DNA of 64,000 bases from Eledone cirrhosa. Its lineage: Eukaryota. The translations under genes and the position numbers were made by a program. The stretch is taken from contig OZ024751.1 in assembly GCA_964016885.1 (NCBI GenBank), forward strand, positions 19,716,001 to 19,780,000. Reading direction: 5' to 3'. The notes beneath the pieces were generated by a model. That model saw nothing but the letters and a program-made list of their open reading frames with translations, was not told the DNA's origin and ran no database searches. Below are positions 12,015-23,729 of the stretch, one piece after another; position 1 is the first letter of the stretch, and every line of letters begins with the position of its first letter.

Positions 12015-12192
12015 CAGTATCGGTAGAGGGTCGGTCGCCATGCTTTGACGCATAGAGTTACGGTACGGTCCTTGACATTCTGAGTTCAAATCCTGCCGAG
12101 GTTAACTTTGCCTTTCATCCTTACGGGGTCGATAAAATAAAGTACCAGTAATGCACTGGGGGTAATTGCTGGCCTTGTGCCAAAGGTAGAAA
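12011..12192 (+). mobile_element. SINE-A copy
   Basis: Homology to 2004-2191. Confidence 0.9.
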
Positions 12193-12339
12193 CATATATA
12201 TATATATTTATACACACATATTTTAATGATGAACAATGTGCCAGAGCAGCAATAAATGAAAGATCAACTGACCACCAGTGTCTGGGATACAATAGACAAA
12301 TGGAAAGATATGTGGTCAACCATAGACATTTCATTACTG

Positions 12340-13270
12340 TTGTTCTTCTTCTGCTTCTTTTTCTTCTTCTTTTTCTTCTTTTACTGCCTTTTCTTCTTCT
12401 TTTTCTTTTCTTCTTTTCTTTTCTTTTCTTCTTCGTCTGCTTTTTCTTTTTCTTTCATTTTCTTTTTCTTTCATTTTCTTTTTCTTTTTCTTTCATTTTC
12501 TTCTTTTTCTTTCATTTTCTTCTTTTCCTTTTTCTTTTTCTTTTTCTTTTTCTTTTTTTTCTTCTTGCTATTGATGTTGTTATTGTTGTTATTGATCTTG
12601 TTGTTGCTACCGTTGTTGCTTTTATACTTGTTGCTAATGATGTTATTGCTGGTTGTTGTTGTCACTATCATTACTATTATAGTTGTTGTGGTTGTTGTTA
12701 TTGCTATTATTGTTATTATTGTTCTTATTGCTATTGATGTTGTTGTTATTGCTATTGTTGTTGTTATTACTACCACTCTTATTATTTGTTATTTTTAAGA
12801 GTCAAAAAGATTTATTCACTGGCAATGAGGATTATCAGTGGTATTCCTGTGTTTATATTTTATTTCTTTTGCTTCTTATTACTGTTGTTGTTGTTGCCAT
12901 TGTTGCTTTTGTTGTTGTTGTTGTTGTCATTGTTGCTTTTGTTGTTGTTGTTGTTGTTGTCATTGTTGCTTTTGTTGTTGTTGTTGTTGTCATTGTTGCT
13001 TTTGTTGTTGTTGTTGTTGTCATTGTTGCTTCTGTTGTTGTTGTTGTTGTTGTCATTGTTGCTTCTGTTGTTGTTGTTGTTGTTGTCATTGTTGCTTCTG
13101 TTGTTGTTGTTGTTGTTGTTGTCATTGTTGCTTCTGTTGTTGTTGTTGTCATTGTTGCTTCTGTTGTTGTTGTTGTTGTTGTCATTGTTGCTTCTGTTGT
13201 TGTCGTTGTCGCTTCTGTTGTTGTTACTTCTGTTGTTGTTGTTGTCATTGTCGCTTCTGTTGTTGTTGTT
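12340..13270. repeat. (CTT)n/(GTT)n low-complexity and gtcattgttgct(gtt)n minisatellite
   Basis: Direct repeats. Confidence 0.93.
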
Positions 13271-14334
13271 TCTCTACTTATTGTTATTGGAGGCGGTGGT
13301 GGCGGTGTTGTTATCCTCCTTACACTAAACAATAAACAACGCCGTGTAAACACCTTCGGCCCCTGACGACAGGATGTAACAGTGGTGGCGGTAGAGGGGA
13401 CAGGGGTTGCAGTAGTGGTGGTGGCAGTTGTGGGGGAGACGGTGGTGGTGTTGGCGACAGCATGACGTGGTGCATTTGATTGTGGTGGTGGTGCAGGTGA
13501 TAGTTTCGTGGTATTAAGATGGTCGATAGGATTAAGTTGAACGTGTGTGTGTGTGTGTGTGTATTCACAAAATTACAATACCACGATATATATACACGTG
13601 TGTCTGTAATGCAGACGTCTGGCTGAGGAGTAAGATACGTACACCCCCACCCCCACCCCCCACACCCACACACACATACACACACACATACACACACATA
13701 CACACACATACACATACATACACACACATACACACACACACACACACACAAGGACATGTATATTGGTTTCTAAGGAGTTTTTAAGCCTCTGAAAAAAATA
13801 AACATCAACAACAACCAACACAACAACAAACACCAACTCACAAAAAACAACAACAACAACAACCAACACAACAACAAACACCAACAACCAACACAACAAC
13901 AACAACCAACACCACATCCAGCCAACACAACACAGAAATCTAGCCCCAAACCACACCAGGGTACTTAGCTATCATAGAGACGTTTCCGTTAGATTGGTTT
14001 ATCATTGTTGGTTAAGAGGGTGTCCTGTAATAAAACACCTGTATTGGAAAGTATTCCTTTCTTTTTAATTCTATTGTTGTTGTTGTTATTGACGTTGTCA
14101 TTGTTGTTGTCTTTGTTGTTGTTGTTTCTTCGTCTTCTTGGTATTGTTATTTTGGGGATATTTTTCCCTTGTGCGTTTATGAGTCATTTGGTGGTGGGCA
14201 TATAATATATATATATATCGAGACACTCATCCACACACACACACACATATATATATGTATACATATATGTTTAAGTTTGGTGGTTTACCACTGGGTAGAA
14301 TTGGTCATGTTGGTATACATCTATTACGCAATGT

Positions 14335-14392
14335 ACACCTGATGATGTCACTGGGTTCTTACGCAACCTGGCCACTGAAATTGCATAGGTGT
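14335..14392 (+). ncRNA. Hammerhead candidate followed by AATAAA
   Basis: acac-CTGATGA-[ctgggtt/aacctgg]-GAAA-ttgca-TA-ggtgt; stem I register is off by one. Confidence 0.55.
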
Positions 14393-14529
14393 TTGCAGAA
14401 ATAAAAAACCAAGGAAATTCAACATATTTGTCTTCTTGTCATTTCACTCTATAATATATATATATATGAGAAAGTGAGGTTTTATTTTACAAAATGAAAA
14501 ATAACCGAGGTGTCCTACACGAGTGAAAG

Positions 14530-14782
14530 TATAAAGAAAAAAAGATGAAATCGAAAATGCAACTGGGGTCATATTTAAAAAAAAATATATATATTTATTT
14601 GGTTCCTTTACCGGTTTCGCAGTTCTGCTTTTCAAATGTGAGAAAAACCACAAACCCTCCATCTCAACTCTACTTTTGAAAAGCAGAAGAACTGCGAAAC
14701 CGGTAAAGGACCCAAATAAATATATATATTTAAAAAAAAATAAGACTCCAGTTGCATTTTCGATTTCATCTTTTTTTCTCTA
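14530..14782. mobile_element. Divergently oriented inverted pair, each arm with a minimal U3-A8 hammerhead (14606-14637 -, 14673-14708 +)
   Basis: ~105-bp inverted arms; ctt-TTGAAAA-gcag aagaa ctgc-GAAA-ccgg-TA-aag followed by aataaa. Confidence 0.8.
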
Positions 14783-14865
14783 TATATATATAGTAATAAT
14801 TATTTCTACTTTAGGCACAAGGCCAGCAATTACCCAGTGCATTACTGGTAGTTTATTTTATATAT

Positions 14866-15040
14866 ATAGTAATAATAATAAGTGTGAAGACTAAAATCGT
14901 CTTCCTGTTTTACTTCGGTTGCAACGTTTTTCGAAATATTTACTTCTGCGTTCACAGATTGATTTTTTCTTTAGTTTCAGAAGATCCCGTTAAGGGTGAA
15001 AGCAGCGTTTCTTTGCTTAAACTTTAATCTGTTATTTTAA
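14866..15040 (+). mobile_element. Family B copy with complete hammerhead-like fold 14973-15023
   Basis: agttt-CAGAAGA-t ccc gttaa ggg t-GAAA-gca..tgc-TT-aaact. Confidence 0.75.
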
Positions 15041-15464
15041 CACACACACATACACACATACACATACACACATACATACATACATACATACATGCATACA
15101 TACATACATACATACGGAGAGAGAGAGAGGGGGGCAGGAGATGTCTTAGGGAGAGCAAAGGTTGAGAACTCCTGGTCTACAACATGGCTATATATATATA
15201 CAATATCAAACAGGATGAAGAACATAGCTGAAGTAGTCAAATCAATTTGGATGACATGCATACGCTTGGCAAAGTAATTAATTAAATAATAAATATTTAT
15301 AGAGAAATCGGAGGATATTTGAAGATTTAATCTAAATTTAATATAGAAATAATTGCTGTTTATAAATTGAAAGATTTTCTGTGAAAAGAAACAAATGTAA
15401 ACACTTTCCGCTGTGTGGGTGTATGAGTGGGTTCACGTGTATTTGTGTATGTATGTATGTATGT

Positions 15465-15478
15465 ATATATCTGTGTAT

Positions 15479-15515
<37 letters not shown>

Positions 15516-15611
15516 CCTATGTATGTATATATATATATATATATATCTGTATCCTGTATGCATATATATATATATATCTGTATCCTATATATATATATAT
15601 ATATAGTGTGT

Positions 15612-15678
<67 letters not shown>

Positions 15679-15791
15679 GTGTATCCTATATATATATATA
15701 TATATATATATATCTGTGTATCCTATGTATGTATATATATATCTGTGTATCCTATGTATGTATGTATATATATATATATATCTGTGTATCC

Positions 15792-15883
<92 letters not shown>

Positions 15884-15895
15884 TGTATCCTATAT
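15465..15895. repeat. atctgtgtatcc+(TA)n compound minisatellite and (GA)n
   Basis: Direct repeats. Confidence 0.9.
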
Positions 15896-16062
15896 ATGTG
15901 TGCGTGTGTACGTATGTATGTATACGTGCGTGTATATATATGTATATGTCTGTATATACATATATGTGTGTGCGCCTACGTCCTTTATTGGTTGGCAGGG
16001 AAGGAGAGGGTCATTAGATAGACAGAAATCGATAGAATTAAATATGGAAAACTAATTGATTT

Positions 16063-16126
<64 letters not shown>

Positions 16127-16254
16127 GCACACACACATAGTTATATACAACCCTCAAATCTATATACCTACATACGTATAAGCACACACAGACATATATA
16201 CTTATTTTACATACATAGCTACATACATACACCCCCCCCCCCCACACACACCTA

Positions 16255-16351
16255 CAAGGTGTCTCCAAAAATGTATACACACTTCAACAACATTCTAATA
16301 CATATTGTCTATACAGGTAATGAAAGTATGTATACATTTTTGGAGGACACC

Positions 16352-16354
<3 letters not shown>
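16255..16354. mobile_element. Tc1/mariner-type mini-MITE (~100 bp); related element at ~18604-18672
   Basis: TA-caaggtgtctccaaaaatgtataca ... tgtatacatttttggaggacaccctg-TA. Confidence 0.85.
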
Positions 16355-16387
<33 letters not shown>

Positions 16388-16684
16388 ATGTGTATATATA
16401 TATGTATGTATGTATTTATGTATGTACGTACGTATGTATGTTTATAGATATGTGTGTGTGTGTGCAAATGTTTAGAACATAATTCATGAATAAAATGGCG
16501 GTTGGCAGATAATGTTGATGACGTCATTATGTCACAACACCTGCACTTTGACAGTCCTTCATAGTTAATCTGTTTGCTAATCTCTTCGGATGATGGCTGG
16601 ATTAGGCAGGGCATATGGCTTTATCGTTATCTGCTGGACTAAGATGGAGGTAGTGGGAGGGAGTAAGGGACGTGGAAGATATGG

Positions 16685-17048
16685 AGAGAGTGAGGTTGTG
16701 AGAGAAAGATGAGAAAGAGAGAGAGAGGTCGTGAGAGAAAGATAATGAGAGAGAGAGAGTGAGAGAGAGAGTGTGAGTTTGTGAGAGAAAGATGAGAAAG
16801 AGAGAGAGGTCGTGAGAGAAAGATAATGAGTGAGAGAGTGTGAGTTTGTGAGAGAAAGATGAGAGAGAGAGGTCGTGAGAGAAAGATGAGAAAGAGAGAG
16901 AGGTCGTGAGAGAAAGATAATGAGAGAGAGAGTGAGGTTGTGAGAGAAAGATGAGAAAGAGAGAGGTCGTGAGAGAAAGATGAGAGAGTGAGAGAGAGTG
17001 AGGTTGTGAGAGAAAGATGAGAAAGAGAGAGAGGTCGTGAGAGAAAGA

Positions 17049-17079
<31 letters not shown>

Positions 17080-17368
17080 TGAGTGAGTTTGTGATAGAGA
17101 GTGAGGTTGTGAGAAAGAGTGAGAGAGTTAGAGATGGAGAGAAAGCAAAGAATAATGACGACGATGATGATGTTAGTGGCAGTTAAGGTGGTGGTGATGG
17201 AGATGCCAGTGGTGGTGGCAGTGATGGTGGTGATGGTGGTTGTGGTTATTTAGATGGTGGTGATGGTGGTTGTGGTGGTGATGGTGATGGTGGTTGTGGT
17301 TGTTATGATGATGGTGGTGGTGGTTGTGGTTATTTTGATGGTGGTGGTTGTGGTAGTGGTGATGGTGG

Positions 17369-17399
<31 letters not shown>

Positions 17400-18006
17400 G
17401 GTTGTGGTTGTGGTTATGGTAATTATGATGGTGGTTATTATAGTACGATCGTGATGATGATGATGATGTTGATTAGGGTATTTGTGATGGTGAAGATGGT
17501 GAAGATGGAGATGGTGGAGATGGTGGCAATAATGAGAATAGTGATGAGAATGATTGTTTGATGATGACGGTGATGATGAGCGTGCTGGTGACGGTGGTGG
17601 TGATAACGATGATGATGATAAGATGGCGTAGGTAAATGAGGAGGATGATGATGATAATGAGCATCGCAGCAGTTGTGGCAACAATGATGACGACTATGAT
17701 GATGATGATGATGATGATAATCAGATGGCAAAGGAAGAGAATGTTATTGAGTGTGATGATAATGATGTTGATGATGATGGTGTTAATGTTTTCTAAACCT
17801 CTACCCCCCCCCTCCCCCCACCCCACCCCCCTCCCCGTATTAATAATACACCAGTAAAATCAGATAATCCATCACAGAGATAACTTTCATCTCTTCACAT
17901 CTCTTTCATCTCTTCATCATTAACTTACACTCAATCATCGTTTTTGTGTAGATGACATTATCTCCTTTAAATCTCGCACCCTCTCTCTCACTCTCTCTCT
18001 CACTCT

Positions 18007-18051
<45 letters not shown>

Positions 18052-18125
18052 TCTCACTCTCTCTCTCACTCTCTCTCTCCTTCTCATTCTCTCACTCTCA
18101 CTCTCTCTCACTCTCTCTCACTCTG
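16685..18125. repeat. GA-rich minisatellite, (GAT/GGT)n and (CT)n
   Basis: Direct repeats. Confidence 0.9.
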
Positions 18126-18184
18126 TGATTGCCTGTGTTTGTCCCTTTGCACGCCTTTCTATCTCTCTTCCCCCGTACACCCCC

Positions 18185-18237
<53 letters not shown>

Positions 18238-18300
18238 AAAATGTATGACCCCGACGGCAGAGCTCAAGCCGTTTCGACGGCTATTTCTTGACTAAATTGA

Positions 18301-18345
<45 letters not shown>

Positions 18346-18527
18346 CGAAGGAAATGTGGTAAGGAACCAGGTGGACCATAACGCACCAAAGTACTCAATA
18401 CTTAGGGTAGTAGAGTGGGTAATAGGAACAAGTATGACCCCAACGGCAAAGCTCAAGCCGTTTCGACGGCTAATTCTGAATTAGCCGTCGAAACGGCTTG
18501 AGCTCTGCCGTCGGGATCATACTTGTT

Positions 18528-18572
<45 letters not shown>

Positions 18573-18745
18573 TGTATCTCTGTGTTTTCTCAACACACAC
18601 ACACAGGGTGTCTCAAAAGTGACATTTACCAATAAGTATACCGAAATAGATAGTAACTTTTGTAACATCCTCTATGTATATATATATATTACTCTTTTAC
18701 CTGTTTCAGCCATCCGGCTGAGGCCATGCTAGGGCACCGCCCTTG

Positions 18746-18776
<31 letters not shown>

Positions 18777-18880
18777 ATAGGAAGTTTTGGGAAAGCCAGT
18801 AAAAGGCAAATGAGAAATTTATGAGGGAAAACTAGAGTAAAGTAAGGATAATAAAACAAACAAACAATTTACTATTTTAA

Positions 18881-18922
18881 CTTATATTTCATATTTCGAG
18901 GTTAAGACCCCTTTTTTCAAAG
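18881..18922 (-). ncRNA. Degenerate U3-A8 hammerhead candidate
   Basis: Minus: ct-TTGAAAA-aa ggggt ctta acctc-GAAA-tat gaa ata-TA-ag; only 2-bp stem I. Confidence 0.4.
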
Positions 18923-19159
18923 AAAGGAAATGGATTTTAATGCTGGCAACAAGCTGCATCAAACATGAAAAGAAAAATGGCGCTAATATATCTGATATAG
19001 CGAGTCAGTAATCTAGGCTGGTTTTATCTTAAACCGACTATTTTACACATGTTAAAGTATTCTGGACGAAGTAAGACGTCAAATGAATCACACAGCAAAA
19101 TGTCGTGATTTTATGTAAAAATCTTTGTTAAATTATTTTCGTAACACCAGCTTAAGAAT

Positions 19160-19941
19160 GGTTTCTACTTTTGGCACAAGGCCAGTAATTTTCCCAGTGC
19201 ATTACTGGTACTTTATTTTATCGACCCCGTAAGGATGAAAGGCAAAGTTAACCTCGACGAGGTTCTTGTATAGGCTCAAGTCCATCAATTTTAGAGGTTG
19301 GGAAAGTCAATTAAATCGACCACAAAATTTTCTCCAGTGGTCTAATGATTCTGCTCTATATAATAATGGGTTCTGATTTAGGCACTAGGCCAGCAATTTT
19401 ATGGGAGGGGAAAAATCAACCAAATCGATCCCAGTGCATTACTGGAACTTTATTTTATCAATCCCGGAAGGATGAAAGGCAAAGGACACCATAGCGGGAT
19501 TTGAATTTAGAACGTAAAAGGACGTAACTCTATGCTGGCCAACAATTTTAAATCAACCCCAGTTCGTTACTGGTACTTTATTTTATCGACCACGTAAGGA
19601 TGAAAGGCAAAGCTAACTTCCGTGAGATTTGAACACAAAATTTAAAGGGACATAACTATATGCTGCAAAGCATGTTGTCCGACGCTCTACCGATATTACC
19701 AATCCACCAGCTTAGTAACGATTATATCGATCCTGGTGCTTGACTGGTGATTTGAACTCAGACCGTAAAGGGGCGTAACTCTATGCTGCAAAGCATGGCA
19801 TCCGACCCTCCACCGATACTGCCAATCCACTGCCCTTAATATAAAAATAATAATTGTTTCTACTTTTTTGGCACAAGGCCAGCAAATACCGAGTACATTA
19901 CTGGTACTTTATTTTATCGACCCCGTAAGGATGAAAGGCAA
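19160..19941 (-). mobile_element. Pile of ~5 SINE-A copies/fragments
   Basis: Repeated ctggtactttattttatcgacccc.taaggatgaaaggcaaag. Confidence 0.9.
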
Positions 19942-20439
19942 TATATAATTATTTATCCGAAAAATTTTAGCCTCAAATTTTCATATAGCTTAGGGCTTCA
20001 GTAGGTGAATGTCTGGGATGCCACAGCCTTCACACCATCGTATTAATGAGAACGTTAGTTATATTTAGTATTTAGTATTCTAGCCGAGGCCATGCTGGGG
20101 CAGTCAACGATGCTACACTTTCTATAGCCAGCCTCCCTGGTTGTTTACTAAATCTCTTGAAACTCTTAGTAATTTTCAAAATCATATGCAGTGTAACGAG
20201 AGTTAATCGACTTTCGCCAACATCCAATTTCCTGGGTTTGTCGCTAAATTAGAAACCATCATGTTTTTTAAACGTCTAGTTAAATTTTGATAATATTCTG
20301 TTACACTCATTTAAATTAAACTAATCTTGTTTCCTTAACATACTTCCCTTTATACGTATCGATGTCATTTCTCTGATTAAGTCACGTCGAAAACTACTAG
20401 AGTGGGATGTAATAAAGATGCATGCGCGCGTGTGGGTAT

Positions 20440-21057
20440 GTATGTATGTTCTTCTGGTTTTATAATTTCACAATTTGTTACCAATAGAGAGAGAGAGTCG
20501 GTTTCTAATTAGATACAAGATTCTCTCATTGGAATTTACACAGCATCAACTAGGTAGATATGTATGCACGTATGTGTAGATATGGATGTTATTGTATGTG
20601 TGGATGTGTATGTTTTGAGTTGTATGTGTTCATGTGTATATGCTTTGTATCTGTACATGTGTATATGCAGTTATTAGATGCAGAATTTTTGAAATGTTTT
20701 ACATATTTTTACTGTTCCATTAATGGATTGTACTTGTAATTTCCTAACTAGTTGTGTTCTTTCTGTTCCTGTGAAGCTTAGCTTCTCAAGATTTGTATTG
20801 AGGCAGTTACTAACATATCTCAGTTTCCCAATAATCACAGGCATAAATCTGAAGGTATAATCAGGGTGGAGTATCTGCAGATTTCTCATTAGTTCTGCAT
20901 AAATATTCTCCTTTTCGCTAATCTTTGATATTATATTGGCATCTGCTGGGCAGCTAAATTCCACTACTGTGCATGTCTTCATTTCCCTGTCCCATATCAT
21001 AATATCTGGTCTGTTATGCCTGCATTTTATTGGGTTTTTTACTGGAACATTCCATCT
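20440..21057 (-). mobile_element. Second, divergent R4/Dong-like RLE fragment with 3' UTR
   Basis: WNVPVKNPIKCRHNRPDIMIWDREMKTCTVVEFSCP..KENIY..PVIIG..GTVKICKTF; co-linear with the 6852-7337 protein. Confidence 0.85.
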
Positions 21058-21264
21058 TTCATGTTATGTGTATGTACGAATGAACGAAAAAAATCAGGAT
21101 CCCGACGGCTGAGCTCCGGCCGTTTCAACAGTTCAGATCTAGCTGTTGAAACGGCCGGAGCTCAGTCGTCGGGGTCCTGAAGTTTTTCATATTACCCACT
21201 CTACTATCTCAAGTATCTAGTACTCTGGTGAGTAATGGTCTAACTGGTTTTTACCGCCTCAATT

Positions 21265-21342
<78 letters not shown>

Positions 21343-21980
21343 GTGCGTGTTTGTGTGTGTAGACCAGTAACTCCTGATGGAATCGTAAGGGGGAGGGGCG
21401 GGGGCGTCGTGAGATACAGTAGTATGTCTTGAGCATTTAAAACCTGATGAGGTCTATCCCCTCTCCAGGTCTGAACGCAACTGATTTCTTCCAGAGAGAG
21501 AGAGAGAGAGAGAGAGAGATCTTCCAGGGAGAGCGAGAGTGAATGATATAGAAGAAGAATCAACCTCAGTACTTAACTGGTACAAATGATGAAAGGCAAC
21601 GTTGACATCTGCGTGATCTCAACTCAGAGCGCAGAATGCAGAAACGAATGTTACGGAGAATTCTAGCCGACATTTTAACAACTCTGTTGTTTCACCGGCC
21701 GCCATAATAAATATATTCCTGTGTTTTATTTTTTAACGATATCATCGGCCATTGTACAACGTTTATCAGCGCGCCAGTTCGTCTAAAATATACACCCAGA
21801 CAAAATAACACGTAATATGTCGGTTATCATAAAGGTGGGAGAAAGTGAAGGAGACAGAATATTTTATTAAAAAATCTCTCTTCAAATTTATGGAAGTTAT
21901 TTATAGGCCTTAGCCACGATAGCTCTCGGCTGTTTGGACATGTATGTATATGTGTGCGTATATATATATATAATTTATAA

Positions 21981-22063
<83 letters not shown>

Positions 22064-22322
22064 AGATATATTTGTGCTTATATATATATATATCAAGCGT
22101 TAACCTAATATATATCTTCCATATACTGTACCGATTGTGTTATATCTGTTCACCTTTTACACATATATATATATATATATATATCTAACGAAGGAATTGT
22201 GGTAAGAAACCAGATGGACCATAACGCACCAAAGTACTCAATACTTAGGGTAGTAGAGTGGGTAATAGGAACATTTATGACCCCGACGGCTTGAGCTCTG
22301 CCGTCGGAGTCATACTTGTTCC

Positions 22323-22356
<34 letters not shown>

Positions 22357-22688
22357 CACACACATACATTTATACAAACATATACCCATATATATATATA
22401 TACACATACATTTATACAAACATATACCCATATATATATGGGTATATGTTTGTATAAATGTATGTGTACACACATATATATATATGGGTATATGTTTGTT
22501 TAAATATATGTGTGCATATATATATATATATGGGTATATGTTTGTATAAATGTATGTGTGCATATATATATATATATGGGTATATGTTTGTATAAATGTA
22601 TGTGTGCATATATATATATATGGGTATATGTTTGTATAAATGTATGTGTGCATATATATATATATGGGTATATGTTTGTATAAATGTA

Positions 22689-22727
<39 letters not shown>

Positions 22728-23206
22728 GTATATGTTTGTATAAATGTATGTGTGCATATATATATATGGGTATATGTTTGTTTAAATGTATGTGTACACA
22801 TATATATATATATGGGTATATGTTTGTTTAAATGTATGTGTGCATATATATATATATATGGGTATATGTTTGTATAAATGTATGTGTGTATATATATATA
22901 TATATATATGGGTATATGTTTGTATAAATGTATGTGTGCATATATATATATATATGGGTATATGTTTGTATAAATGTATGCGTGCATATATATATATATA
23001 TGGGTATATGTTTGTATAAATGTATGTGTGCATATATTTATATATATGGGTATATGTTTGTATAAATGTATATGTGCATATATATATATATATATGGGTA
23101 TATGTTTGTATAAATGTATATGTGCATATATATATATATATGGGTATATGTTTGTATAAATGTATGTGTGCATATATATATATGGGTATATGTTTGTATA
23201 AACGTA

Positions 23207-23237
<31 letters not shown>

Positions 23238-23442
23238 GGGTATATGTTTGTATAAATGTATGTGTACATATATATATATAGGTATATGTTTGTATAAATG
23301 TATATGTGCATATATATATATATATATATATGGGTATATGTTTGTATAAATGTATATGTGCATATATATATATATATGGGTATATGTTTGTATAAATGTA
23401 TGTGTGCATATATATATATGGGTATATGTTTGTATAAACGTA

Positions 23443-23473
<31 letters not shown>

Positions 23474-23729
23474 GGGTATATGTTTGTATAAATGTATGTG
23501 TGCATATATATATATATATATGGGTATATGTTTGTATAAATGTATGTGTACATATATATATATATATATGGGTATATGTTTGTATAAATGTATGTGTGCA
23601 TATATATATATATATATGGGTATATGTTTGTATAAATGTATGTGTGCATATATATATATATATGGGTATATGTTTGTATAAATGTATGTGTGCATATGGG
23701 TATATGTTTGTTTAAATGTATGTGTGCAT

